Shown here piece by piece: positions 17,627 to 26,878 of a stretch of 64,000 bases of DNA. The first letter of the stretch is position 1. Each line of letters starts with the position of its first letter. The notes under the pieces were generated by a model. It was not told the origin of the DNA. It ran no database searches and saw only the letters and a list, made by a program, of their open reading frames with translations. Source of the DNA: an uncultured virus (IMG/VR IMGVR_UViG_3300025849_000011) (taxonomy: Duplodnaviria > Heunggongvirae > Uroviricota > Caudoviricetes); the IMG/VR virus record IMGVR_UViG_3300025849_000011. One strand, given 5' to 3'. The translations under genes were made by a program, and so were the position numbers.

Positions 17627-18351
17627 TAGAGAAATTCATTTAAATTTGTTCCTAATCTTTTTTCTGCTATTTTGAAATACTTTTCTTCTTTTTCTATTCC
17701 TATAAATTCTCTATTTGTATGGACGCAAGCAACTCCTGTAGTTCCAGAACCCATTGTATTATCAAGAACAACATCCCATTCATTAGTGTAAGTTTTTATC
17801 AAATATTCCATCAAACCTACTGGTTTTTGAGTAGGATGATAACCTTTTTCTTGTTTATATCTTATCACTGTTTTTGGGTATCTTGATCCTTCTGGGTTAT
17901 CCCTATGTTTTGATTCAGCATTGCCATACACTTCACCAATTTTTGCCGTATCGCTACTAAATCCAGAATACGGTGTACTATACCACATTTGAGGATTATA
18001 AGTTGGTTTCTCCCTATAAAATACTAAGATATTTTCATGGGATTTTAACGGCATTATCTTCACATTCATGGGGTTTGTGCCTTGAGGTTTTTCCCAAATC
18101 CATTCATATCTTAAATTATTTATATTAGAAGCAGCAAGAATTGTTGTGAATGGTTGCATTGAGGTAAAAACCATGGCTGCATTTTTCTTGCAAACCCTAT
18201 TATATTGTTCCCATAGTTTATCTAATGGAATAATAGAATCCCATTTACATGCAGTAGTGCCATATGGAAGATCAGCGAGAAGCATATCTACTGAATTATC
18301 TTCAATTGTAGGCAATACCTCTAAGCAATCCCCAAGTATAGTTTTTACCAT
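17623..18351 (-). CDS. DNA amino methyltransferase, beta class
   Basis: ADLPYG, WIWEK, HPTQKP, VLDNTMGSGTTG. Confidence 0.9.
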   Translation of the reverse strand: MVKTILGDCLEVLPTIEDNSVDMLLADLPYGTTACKWDSIIPLDKLWEQYNRVCKKNAAMVFTSMQPFTTILAASNINNLRYEWIWEKPQGTNPMNVKIMPLKSHENILVFYREKPTYNPQMWYSTPYSGFSSDTAKIGEVYGNAESKHRDNPEGSRYPKTVIRYKQEKGYHPTQKPVGLMEYLIKTYTNEWDVVLDNTMGSGTTGVACVHTNREFIGIEKEEKYFKIAEKRLGTNLNEFLY

Positions 18352-18905
18352 TCACTCAATTCTTTTACATATTCTGATTGTATTAGTTCTCTAAGTTTTT
18401 TCTCCGTAACCATGTAATCATCATTCTTTGAATTTTTACCACCTTGTTGATGATTAAAATGATTATCTGTTTTCAGACAGTTTTCAAACATTTCTTTTGT
18501 CATATACACAGCCTTAAATTCATTAGGATTTTCATTTACTCCAATAAAAATAAGACGGTCCCAATCTTTACCAACTGCGACATGGTTCATTGTAAAGCAA
18601 TCTTTTTTGATTGATCTTTTTTTAGTGTCTGTATGTGCAACAGAAAACTTAATTTCCGTTTTAATTCCATTTAAAATTCTATCGTATCCAGCAGTTGATG
18701 TATGAGCAAATTCAACATTGTAACCAGCCTTTTCCATTATTAGACTTACTAATCTCTCTCCTAGTTCACCCTTTTGTTTATTACCCATATATCTATATCC
18801 TTCAAAGGGGCTTCCTATCCATGGGTCATAAAGATTGTTTTGTATATAATCTTGTATTTCATCATTTTTTGCTAAATTATACATTTCGGCTGCATTTAGT
18901 TTCAT
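18345..18905 (-). CDS. Putative PD-(D/E)xK (restriction-type) endonuclease
   Basis: KGELGE...GYD....TEIKFS; overlaps the MTase start. Confidence 0.55.
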   Translation of the reverse strand: MKLNAAEMYNLAKNDEIQDYIQNNLYDPWIGSPFEGYRYMGNKQKGELGERLVSLIMEKAGYNVEFAHTSTAGYDRILNGIKTEIKFSVAHTDTKKRSIKKDCFTMNHVAVGKDWDRLIFIGVNENPNEFKAVYMTKEMFENCLKTDNHFNHQQGGKNSKNDDYMVTEKKLRELIQSEYVKELSEW

Positions 18906-18931
18906 AATATAATTATTCCTTTTTTATAAAT

Positions 18932-21433
18932 TTAACAGAAAAAATCTTCTAAAGAAGAACTTTCTTCAACAGACCAACCTATTGCATCTAAAATTGGTGT
19001 AATTGGTTCTACAAAAGTCTTTTCAAATTGAATATCATAATTTACATATTTGTGTAAATTAAATTCATTTGGAATGTAATCTGGAAATGATATAACATTT
19101 TCCTTTAAAGGGTTAGGCATCTTCAGATAACAAAATTTAATTTTTTCACCATTCTGAATAAGTGCGTAAGTTTTTCCTAATGCCTTATCTTTTATTTGAT
19201 GATTATAAAGTAAACTACCTCTAACATGAATTGGTGTACCTTTCTTGTAAATAGTTTTCCTATCACTCCATTTCACGATATCACTAACACCTCTTGGAAA
19301 AGATATATCTTCTGGTGGTAGAGATTTAAACTCTTTCTTAAAATCAGCAATAAACTTTCTAGTTTTTTCTTCTGATCCAGACATAATGATTTTAAACGAC
19401 TGCATAAACTTGTCTCGCACTACTTGAGGTGTGCTTGATTTAATGGCCTCAATACCCATGATCTTTAATTTTGGTTCTGCGTATTGAACACCTTCATTAT
19501 TATGAACATTTAGTAAATATCTTTTTTTGGCTGTCCAGATACCACGATCTGCAATCGCTTCTCTTTCCATAACCATACGATTTGTATATGCATTCATCTG
19601 ATTAAATAGTTTATCATATGCTTGTTCTAAAATCTTTTCAAAGTGATCGGCACAAATTTTATCCAACGCTTTAACAGGGTCTTTAGGTTTCAATTTATCT
19701 ATAAAAGGTCCAAAGTTGATATACAGTGAATCAGTATCAATAGCAATTACATAATCAAACTTATCGGTTTTGAGTACTTTATTCATTTCATCATTTATGG
19801 CGCGTTCTGCCCATTGAATCGCTAACTGTCCAGACAGAGTAATACCTTCTGCAACACGCATATCAAAATACCTAAAGTAAGCATTACCCAAAGCACCATA
19901 AAGAGAATTCAATAGAATTTTAATTGCCATTTGCCGATTTTCAAGTTGATTGATTTCCCTATCAAGTTCAGTAGATGGATTATCTTGATTTTTTTGCATT
20001 GCCTCTAGCATCAACTTCTTAGTCGCTTTACGCTCTAACATATAGTCTGCAATAATTTGAGGCACAATGCCTTGTCTTTGCCTAGTATAAGTTGATCCAT
20101 TCGCTGCAACCGAAAGATCATTTTTTATATCTGGTGCATTATTCATATAATATTCAACACCTGATTGATAAGTGTTTTCAAGGTCAACTACCAAAGTTTC
20201 TGGTGACATATTATATTGAATAATCAAATTAGGATATAGTGAATTCAAATCAAATGAAACTACCCAATCATGTAACCCAACTTGAGGTTCTTTAACGTAA
20301 CCTCCTGGATATGGTGATTTGATTGTATTTTCATTTGGTGGTATAGCAACGTGTTGTTTATTCAGTTCACGATATATGATTGAGTCCCATATAGCAGTTG
20401 TTCCAAGAGTTGCCTCATAGTTCACACCCCCACGATATGCCATAGTAAGTGCAAGAGTAATCAAATCCATTTTTTCATCAATCTTATCTACTAAGTAAAC
20501 ATCCTTGATATTATAATCAATGAATAATTGATGGTCATTTTTATATAGAGTATGAAGTGTTCCATGCTCTTCATATGATAGTTTTTTCTCACCAAGAACA
20601 GTATGAGCAATATGGTCTAACTTGTAAGATGCTTGGGTTCCATATGAATACCCAAACTTTTTAAATAAATCCATATAATCTAATTGGGAAATACCAGTTA
20701 TTTCATAATGTTTATGATTTTGACCAGCAACATTTATATTACGTTCACTAATCAAACCCCATGGAGAAAACTTTTTTGCGACACTATTACCAGCAATTTT
20801 AGTAACGCGATTGATTAGATAAGGCATATCAAACATTTTAATATACCAACCAGTTATAACATCTGGTGGATTCTTAGTCCAAAATTCCATGTACTTTGCT
20901 AATAATTCTAATTCATTTTTACAATGACGATACTGGACAATCAAATCTTGGTTTTCGCGTTTATCAACATCATATTCACCCAGACCCCAAACGTGATAAA
21001 CATTAGAAGTTGATGACTTATGGCAAATTGATATAACAGGATAATCAGCAGCATCTGGATGTGGAAAACCATCATCTGATGCAACTTCAATATCTAAGTT
21101 TGCGACATTGATTGTTTTACGATTAAACTGTATTTCATCTGGAAACGCGCTTGTTATAAACTGTTGAATATAATTAGTCATGCCATAGATTTTGACATTA
21201 TCCATATCCTTGTAAGTATCTAACCATTCTTTTGCCGCCCTCATAGACTCAAATTCTACTGGAGCAACAGAAAGTCCTTCAAGAGTTTTCCATCTCGTAT
21301 TTTGTTCTTTGCTGCGAACAAAGAGTTTTGGTTTAAATTTAACACGTTTCTCAATACGAATACCGTGGTCATTATAACCACGGTACAAGAGTGAATTGCC
21401 ATATCTGGCTACGTTTGTATAAAATGATTTCAA
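18932..21433 (-). CDS. 43: Family B DNA polymerase gp43
   Basis: DIEV exo I, SFDLNSLYP, KILLNSLYG, IDTDS, KKRY. Confidence 0.97.
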   Translation of the reverse strand: MKSFYTNVARYGNSLLYRGYNDHGIRIEKRVKFKPKLFVRSKEQNTRWKTLEGLSVAPVEFESMRAAKEWLDTYKDMDNVKIYGMTNYIQQFITSAFPDEIQFNRKTINVANLDIEVASDDGFPHPDAADYPVISICHKSSTSNVYHVWGLGEYDVDKRENQDLIVQYRHCKNELELLAKYMEFWTKNPPDVITGWYIKMFDMPYLINRVTKIAGNSVAKKFSPWGLISERNINVAGQNHKHYEITGISQLDYMDLFKKFGYSYGTQASYKLDHIAHTVLGEKKLSYEEHGTLHTLYKNDHQLFIDYNIKDVYLVDKIDEKMDLITLALTMAYRGGVNYEATLGTTAIWDSIIYRELNKQHVAIPPNENTIKSPYPGGYVKEPQVGLHDWVVSFDLNSLYPNLIIQYNMSPETLVVDLENTYQSGVEYYMNNAPDIKNDLSVAANGSTYTRQRQGIVPQIIADYMLERKATKKLMLEAMQKNQDNPSTELDREINQLENRQMAIKILLNSLYGALGNAYFRYFDMRVAEGITLSGQLAIQWAERAINDEMNKVLKTDKFDYVIAIDTDSLYINFGPFIDKLKPKDPVKALDKICADHFEKILEQAYDKLFNQMNAYTNRMVMEREAIADRGIWTAKKRYLLNVHNNEGVQYAEPKLKIMGIEAIKSSTPQVVRDKFMQSFKIIMSGSEEKTRKFIADFKKEFKSLPPEDISFPRGVSDIVKWSDRKTIYKKGTPIHVRGSLLYNHQIKDKALGKTYALIQNGEKIKFCYLKMPNPLKENVISFPDYIPNEFNLHKYVNYDIQFEKTFVEPITPILDAIGWSVEESSSLEDFFC

Positions 21434-21454
21434 TATTCTTCTCCGTTTGGAGTC

Positions 21455-21483
21455 ATTATATCATAATATTGGGTTTTAGTCAA
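21455..21483 (-). promoter_or_regulatory. Sigma70-type promoter for gene 43
   Basis: TTGACT-17-TATAAT with extended TG. Confidence 0.7.
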
Positions 21484-21487
21484 CAAA

Positions 21488-22075
21488 TTATTTTATATTT
21501 TTATCGGTAGACATTGTTATTATTTTCTCTATCATTTCATAAAGTTGTTCTAAAACATTCACACTCTGAATATTTTTAAAGTTATCATGATCAAACTCTT
21601 TTGGTTTTACAACCCACTCAAGTGTTGAGTAAGGTAATTTAACACTAAGTCCATCACCACCACTTGTAATGTGTGGCAATAAATTTTCTCGTTTTACTAT
21701 TGCCACTGCATCATTATCAACAATCATCAGATAATCAAATGTGTCAGGTAATATTCTACCATGACTTGAACCTAGTGTATTGTTCAACTTGATAGAACCA
21801 GTTACACATTTCTTTTTTTCTTTACCTTTTGCTGTTGTTAATACATTTGTACCACATTTAGTTTCAATACGATATTTTTTAAATTGATGATCTTGCCCAA
21901 TTAAATCTACATATTGGACTCTACCATCACTCATTTTTTCAATCGCTTTATCTTGTATAATTGATTTTAAAAAACGTAATGTTCTATCATTTAATTGTGA
22001 ACCTACAGAATGTCTCATTTCAAAGAAATTTTTCCAATCAACATTTTCCGCGAGTTCTCGCGCCAAATTATTCAT
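21488..22075 (-). CDS. Hypothetical protein, possible PD-(D/E)xK nuclease
   Basis: GQD.......IETK, FDYLMIVD. Confidence 0.45.
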   Translation of the reverse strand: MNNLARELAENVDWKNFFEMRHSVGSQLNDRTLRFLKSIIQDKAIEKMSDGRVQYVDLIGQDHQFKKYRIETKCGTNVLTTAKGKEKKKCVTGSIKLNNTLGSSHGRILPDTFDYLMIVDNDAVAIVKRENLLPHITSGGDGLSVKLPYSTLEWVVKPKEFDHDNFKNIQSVNVLEQLYEMIEKIITMSTDKNIK

Positions 22076-22148
22076 AAATGTACCTTTGTAAAAAATTAAT
22101 AATAATATGATTTTTAGATCATAAACTTAGAATATGACCTGTGGATCA

Positions 22149-22370
22149 TTAATCTTTCTTTGATACAAAAGAATACATTTCTTTAGCCTTTTCCATTAAA
22201 TCTTCTGTAGAATAGATTTGATATGCTTCTTTAACTTCTTCGGCTGTTTTTTGACCTTGTTCATATAGATCATTAGCAAGTTGAATATTCATGTGATATT
22301 GTTGATCCATATAGTCTTTTGCCATTTGTAACATTTCGGTTCTAATTTCAAAGGGATTTTTGTGTGTCAT
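22149..22370 (-). CDS. Hypothetical protein
   Basis: 73 aa (NPFEIR..ML.MAKD...AKEMYSFV) with AGGA RBS. Confidence 0.65.
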   Translation of the reverse strand: MTHKNPFEIRTEMLQMAKDYMDQQYHMNIQLANDLYEQGQKTAEEVKEAYQIYSTEDLMEKAKEMYSFVSKKD

Positions 22371-22389
22371 TGTGTGTTCCTATCTAAAT

Positions 22390-22695
22390 TTAATTATGTT
22401 CGCCATTGTTTTGGCGTCCGTTGTATCCATCAATTCTGTCAAAAACTTTAGGCTTTCGCTTGGCAGTTTCAAACGTACCAACAGTAATTACAATCGCTGC
22501 AAGTAAGAGGGTGTGTGCGATTGCGTTAATTCCCCAGAACATTATGCTTCCTAAATACATAGAGCATACTGATACCCACATCCATGCAAGAATTTGCATA
22601 ATCAAATGGCGTACTTGTAAATTAGGAATATTTCTTAATGGATTTATATTTGAATCCATTACACTGTTCCAAGTGTCAAAAATATGCTGTCTCAT
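22390..22695 (-). CDS. Membrane protein
   Basis: Two hydrophobic segments; likely start at MRQHIF after GGAG (start approximate). Confidence 0.6.
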   Translation of the reverse strand: MRQHIFDTWNSVMDSNINPLRNIPNLQVRHLIMQILAWMWVSVCSMYLGSIMFWGINAIAHTLLLAAIVITVGTFETAKRKPKVFDRIDGYNGRQNNGEHN

Positions 22696-22720
22696 TTTAA
22701 TCTCCATAATTTGTGTGTGT

Positions 22721-22745
22721 GAAAGAAGGGCAATAATGCCCTTCC
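22721..22745 (-). terminator. Hairpin, possible intrinsic terminator
   Basis: GAAGGGCA-TTAT-TGCCCTTC followed by TTTC. Confidence 0.5.
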
Positions 22746-22827
22746 TAGTTTTAAGGTAAAACTCTAATCCAGATATATTCTGCAATCTGTCTATAGAGTT
22801 TCCATTTCATCATAATATGGTATAAGA

Positions 22828-22992
22828 TCAAACCCATCCGCGAAGGTTTTGGTTCGTTGATGTTTTGTCCCACGCCCTCATTCTACGTTCCAGATCACAT
22901 AAATCCTTTGCTTCAGCAAAATATGCATCTCTGGTTTCTATCTCAGTCATAGGTGTTACAATTTGAAAGAAATTCTTGATCCATTTAATCAT
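22828..22992 (-). CDS. Small protein, DUF3563-like
   Basis: Below ORF-track cutoff; MIKWIKNFF...RDAYFAEAKDLCDLERRMRAW (54 aa); ATGA-coupled to the upstream ORF. Confidence 0.6.
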   Translation of the reverse strand: MIKWIKNFFQIVTPMTEIETRDAYFAEAKDLCDLERRMRAWDKTSTNQNLRGWV

Positions 22993-23201
22993 TTAAATTT
23001 CTCCAAAGTTCTACTATTTAATTCAGCCAGTATTTCATGATCAGACATATTTGGATATTCTATTCTAAAATATTGAACCAAATCTGCATTCGCTGAACAC
23101 TGTCTTGAAAATTGAATAGATTTTCCTACAGAAAGAATAAAATCAAAGAGACCTGTTAGACCTCTCGTTAAGAAGTTGTGCGTTGTTAGTATGTGTTGCA
23201 T
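22989..23201 (-). CDS. Hypothetical protein
   Basis: Start reassigned to MQHILTT after a GAGG RBS inside the hsp20 3' end. Confidence 0.55.
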   Translation of the reverse strand: MQHILTTHNFLTRGLTGLFDFILSVGKSIQFSRQCSANADLVQYFRIEYPNMSDHEILAELNSRTLEKFK

Positions 23202-23625
23202 TTGAGTTTTCCTCGTAATTGCCAATTTTAATTTTACGAGGACGCATTGATTCTGGAATGACGTACTGCAATTCAATTGCCAGAATACCATCTAGAATAT
23301 TTGCTCCGTTTACTTGTACGTGTTCAGACAGCCTAAAGGTTCGTTTAAATTTCTTTGTTGAAATGCCACGATGGATAAATTCTCTACCTTTAGAAACGTG
23401 TTCACCAGTTACTGTCAAAGTTCTATCTTTTACTTCAACATTAATTTCATCTTGTGAAAATCCAGCAATAGCAAGTTCAATCAAATAATCTGATTCTCCT
23501 GCTTTAATAATATTGTGTGGTGGATAGTGATCTTGAGCATGTTTAGCAGTGAACTCTAGTTCATTGAATAAATGGTCAAAACCCACGAAAGATGAACGTG
23601 GAAAAAGTGTTTGTAAGCCTGTCAT
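23143..23625 (-). CDS. Small heat shock protein Hsp20/IbpA
   Basis: VGFD.LF, YPPHNI, IELAIAGF, HRGIS, FKRTFRL, DGILAIEL; start MTGLQ after AAGGAG. Confidence 0.93.
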   Translation of the reverse strand: MTGLQTLFPRSSFVGFDHLFNELEFTAKHAQDHYPPHNIIKAGESDYLIELAIAGFSQDEINVEVKDRTLTVTGEHVSKGREFIHRGISTKKFKRTFRLSEHVQVNGANILDGILAIELQYVIPESMRPRKIKIGNYEENSNATHTNNAQLLNERSNRSL

Positions 23626-23629
23626 TGTT

Positions 23630-23652
23630 ATCTCCTTTTGATCAAGCAAGAT
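23630..23652 (-). promoter_or_regulatory. ROSE-like RNA thermometer hairpin
   Basis: AUCUU[G]CUU pairs with AAGGAGAU, with the bulged G of UUGCU opposite the Shine-Dalgarno. Confidence 0.65.
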
Positions 23653-23716
23653 TGTAATGGGACCGATTATTCGCATCCCCTTGGTTTGATTAGCATCAAG
23701 ATGCTAACTCATTACT

Positions 23717-23744
23717 ATATATGTTTTTATTTCGTGATTTCAAG
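23717..23744 (-). promoter_or_regulatory. RpoH (sigma32)-like promoter
   Basis: CTTG-N17-CATATAT, one mismatch to alphaproteobacterial CTTG-N17-CYTATNT. Confidence 0.5.
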
Positions 23745-23761
23745 AGGTCAAGTAAAAAAAA

Positions 23762-24451
23762 TTAAGAAATTATGCTTTTTATTTTCCAAGGAGTGAAACA
23801 TACTGTTCCTAGACTTACATAGTCTGCACCTTTATCAAAATAAAATTCTGCATCATCCTTATTTGTAACTCCACCACCAGCGATTACAGTAATGCTAGGA
23901 TGTTTTCTCTTTATATATTCTATAATCCTTGTAGTATATGGTTTTAAAATTTTTCCACTTTGACCGCCATTTAAAGAATACAAAGTGTTGCTTGCATGTA
24001 TTTGATTATATCCTAAATCTACTATCTTGTCTATAAGACATTCTGTCGCAGTAGGTGGTATTTTGCATATACACCATTCTCTTTCACTCTTAGGAAATAA
24101 ATCAAAACCAGATAAATTTACCGCACCCACATCTTTATCAAGGTTTGGACAACTTATATTAATCTCAACAGATGAATTTTTATCTACTATACGAGACAGA
24201 TGTAGCCAATCATATTCATTTATTGCGGCAAGGCTCAACACATCTGTAGAGTTTGTTCTTTTTAAACCCTCATATATTCCAGCATTTCGCAATCCAATTT
24301 TATTAATCCATCCACCATTTTTATATCTAAGAGTTTTAAAAATTTGGGGAATAAGTCCTTCTCTTTTTTCAACGGTCCAACTTCCAGTTACGCTAATTGC
24401 GTTAGGAAGTTTTAAATAGTTTCCAAAAGGTGCTGATATAAAGTATTTCAT
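23762..24451 (-). CDS. pyrD: Dihydroorotate dehydrogenase-like FMN enzyme
   Basis: INKIGLRN.G, VEINISCPN, SNT, GGQSG, IAGGGV, GADYVSLGT. Confidence 0.75.
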   Translation of the reverse strand: MKYFISAPFGNYLKLPNAISVTGSWTVEKREGLIPQIFKTLRYKNGGWINKIGLRNAGIYEGLKRTNSTDVLSLAAINEYDWLHLSRIVDKNSSVEINISCPNLDKDVGAVNLSGFDLFPKSEREWCICKIPPTATECLIDKIVDLGYNQIHASNTLYSLNGGQSGKILKPYTTRIIEYIKRKHPSITVIAGGGVTNKDDAEFYFDKGADYVSLGTVCFTPWKIKSIIS

Positions 24452-24454
24452 AAT

Positions 24455-24928
24455 TTAATCCAAAAATGTTCTACGCCATTCCATTTTATATATTTCTTCT
24501 TCATCTATCGTCTTAGTAAAAGACTTAGGGAATTTTTTTATTGCTCTAAGTAATATTTTGATTTTTACATCAGATTGCATAATAGGTATTGATGCACCAC
24601 CATTTCTAGCCGCCAACCAACGGTGATGACCATCAACAATATAGTTATCTGAAGAAACCAGAAGTGGTTTTGCTTGACCAATAGTTTTTATTCGGCCCAT
24701 AGCCTTAACTATTTTATCTTTATTAAAATCAGATTGGGTGGCTCGTAGTCTTTTGGCTTTGACTTCTTTTCTTTCCATTTTTATACCTAAATTTTTCAAA
24801 TACTCTATAAGTTCATCATAATCTGCTGAACGAACTTGGGGCATATCTACTCTTGAGATACCAAGAGTATCTTTAGGTTTTGGTGTAGTAGTCCTTAACT
24901 CTAAGAGAACTTGACTATACTTACGCAT
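24455..24928 (-). CDS. ParB/Srx N-terminal domain protein, putative internal head protein
   Basis: ATQ, PLLVSSDNYIVDGHHRW; leader MRKYSQVLLE. Confidence 0.7.
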   Translation of the reverse strand: MRKYSQVLLELRTTTPKPKDTLGISRVDMPQVRSADYDELIEYLKNLGIKMERKEVKAKRLRATQSDFNKDKIVKAMGRIKTIGQAKPLLVSSDNYIVDGHHRWLAARNGGASIPIMQSDVKIKILLRAIKKFPKSFTKTIDEEEIYKMEWRRTFLD

Positions 24929-25322
24929 ATTTTATAACCTTATCTGGCGTATGAAAGTTTTTCTTACGCATAATTGTTTTCATTACAACATCAAATTCAT
25001 CTTTTCTTTGATCATATTTAACTGCTACTGGAATATTCAAATCAGATTGCATATCTTTAATTACCGCTTCAGCACCAGCCACACCTTTGAGTGACTTACC
25101 TTGTCTTGCGTAAATCTTTTTTATAAATTCTGCTAACTCTTTCATAGAGATACAAGGTGTATTTCTATCATCTCCCATCCTATCACCAAAATGACGAGTG
25201 AATTTGAAATCAATTCCATATTTTTTGAATAATTTATCAACAATAGATTCAAATGCTTTGATTTGTTTCATACCTACTAAATCACATTTATCTTCTATTA
25301 TAAAATTTTTGAATGTTTTCAT
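24921..25322 (-). CDS. Putative internal head protein, possible RelE/RegB-like RNase fold
   Basis: Leader MKTFKNFIIE; FTRHFGDR and C-terminal VVMKTIMRK. Confidence 0.5.
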   Translation of the reverse strand: MKTFKNFIIEDKCDLVGMKQIKAFESIVDKLFKKYGIDFKFTRHFGDRMGDDRNTPCISMKELAEFIKKIYARQGKSLKGVAGAEAVIKDMQSDLNIPVAVKYDQRKDEFDVVMKTIMRKKNFHTPDKVIKYA

Positions 25323-25597
25323 TTTTCTAACCTTTTTATTCTGGTTTCAAGTTCATCTATTTTTTTTGCTATTTTAGGAGATAAACTTCTCCAAGCATCA
25401 TCTGGTTGATCAAACCAAGTCCACCCAAACTTGTCTCTTATAGTATCTAGTAATATATCCCATTTAGAGTATAACCATAATCCAATTTTTGTATCTCTCA
25501 TATATGCTAAAAATAGTGCGCCAAATACCGAACCCATAATACCCGTATAAATCCATAAACGATCTGAAGCCATATTTTCAATCATATCCCAAATCAT
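25319..25597 (-). CDS. Small membrane protein
   Basis: One TM helix, C-terminal coiled coil. Confidence 0.6.
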   Translation of the reverse strand: MIWDMIENMASDRLWIYTGIMGSVFGALFLAYMRDTKIGLWLYSKWDILLDTIRDKFGWTWFDQPDDAWRSLSPKIAKKIDELETRIKRLEK

Positions 25598-26364
25598 TTT
25601 TTAAATTTCTTCAATTTACTTGAATAATGTTCAATACTATGATCATATATTCCATCAAAAATTTGTTTATTTTTCATGGCGCACCACCTACCCCTCAAAG
25701 AATCCTTTATCTTTTGCCAAAAGGACAATCTACGAATATTTCCATAATGATTAATATATCTCTCTGTGCCGTGATGCCTATATCCCATTATCCATAAAGG
25801 AACTGTTGGCACAATATCATTATTATTCCTAAATCTATAATGCTCAACATCCATACCTACACAAAATTCTTTACCACCAACTCTTGGTGAACCATATGTA
25901 AATAATATAGGATTTTTTTCTTCAAGTCTAGATGCACATAGTGTTGCCATAGCACCACCAAGAGAATGACCAGTAATCCAAAGTTGTTTTCTTTTACTTT
26001 TTTGAAGTAGTGCTTCAATATCAGACCAAAGTTTTCTTAATTCTATTTTAAATCCCATATGAACCATACCCTCAGTTTTAGATTTTCTTTTAAATGCAAG
26101 TAAATCTGCTTTAACATCTGAAAACTCTGTTGGTTCTGTACCTCTAAAAGCAACAATAATATTATCTTTATCTGAAAAGATATGACATTGTGCGCCATCA
26201 TTCTCTAAAAATTTATATGATTTGAAACCTAATTTTGATAATTCTCTTTTTGCTTTAGTTCCATCATGATAGGCCAAAGCAGATACTTCAGAAAAAAAAT
26301 AACTGAGAGCAAAAGTATCATTCCAATCTAGACTTTCACAATCCATAAAAAATTTTCTGGTCAT
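25594..26364 (-). CDS. Class 3 lipase
   Basis: VAFRGTE, VHMGF, WITGHSLGGAMA, TYGSPRVG, DIVP.VP, DHSI..Y. Confidence 0.9.
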   Translation of the reverse strand: MTRKFFMDCESLDWNDTFALSYFFSEVSALAYHDGTKAKRELSKLGFKSYKFLENDGAQCHIFSDKDNIIVAFRGTEPTEFSDVKADLLAFKRKSKTEGMVHMGFKIELRKLWSDIEALLQKSKRKQLWITGHSLGGAMATLCASRLEEKNPILFTYGSPRVGGKEFCVGMDVEHYRFRNNNDIVPTVPLWIMGYRHHGTERYINHYGNIRRLSFWQKIKDSLRGRWCAMKNKQIFDGIYDHSIEHYSSKLKKFKK

Positions 26365-26633
26365 TTTTTATCTCGCAACCTTGGCTCTTTGCGATTATAA
26401 TGAACAGTTACACTTGATAAGTTTTTTGGATCATTATTGAGTGGGTCACCATCTTTGTGATGAATATCTCTCCCATCAAAAGGCTCTGCCTTACCCTCTT
26501 TTTCCATCTTTCTTCTAGCGCGTTTTCTAGCGGCGTTTCTCTCCATCTGTTCTGGAGTTCCAAGATAGTTTTTTCTTTCTTTTTTGTAATCTCTCTGATA
26601 CTCATCAGTTATAAATATTTTAAACTTGATCAT
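26361..26633 (-). CDS. Small HNH-motif protein, putative internal head protein
   Basis: DIHHKDGDPLNN...NL......NR; leader MIKFKIFITDE. Confidence 0.7.
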   Translation of the reverse strand: MIKFKIFITDEYQRDYKKERKNYLGTPEQMERNAARKRARRKMEKEGKAEPFDGRDIHHKDGDPLNNDPKNLSSVTVHYNRKEPRLRDKK

Positions 26634-26863
26634 GATACATTATCCCAGAAGGTTTTACTCATTTCACCCATGGAAACTGTAGATGTACCAGATGCTGAAT
26701 TTACTGTTTTGCGAACACTTGTATATACGGCATGACCATTTGTAGTTCTAATACCGTTAGTTTGTTTTAACCATAGAGGTCTTAGTGGGCTATTAGCACC
26801 TGGATCAGGCGGCGAATTGTCATATTGCCAACTCGGATTGTTTGTAATAGTTACCCACGCCAT
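26630..26863 (-). CDS. Hypothetical protein
   Basis: 77 aa, AAGGAG RBS, late promoter upstream. Confidence 0.65.
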   Translation of the reverse strand: MAWVTITNNPSWQYDNSPPDPGANSPLRPLWLKQTNGIRTTNGHAVYTSVRKTVNSASGTSTVSMGEMSKTFWDNVS

Positions 26864-26878
26864 GTTTAAATCTCCTTA

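Noticed and set aside
22751..22813. 20-codon ORF MMKWKLYRQIAEYIWIRVLP
   Set aside because: Plausibly real but too short to support from sequence alone
23690..23707. TTAGCATC-AA-GATGCTAA as a CIRCE element
   Set aside because: Arms resemble CIRCE but the arm sequence and 9-nt spacer are wrong; better read as a leader hairpin
26361..26633. HNH as a homing endonuclease/mobile element
   Set aside because: Only 90 aa with no DNA-binding extension, and it carries the packaging-like leader
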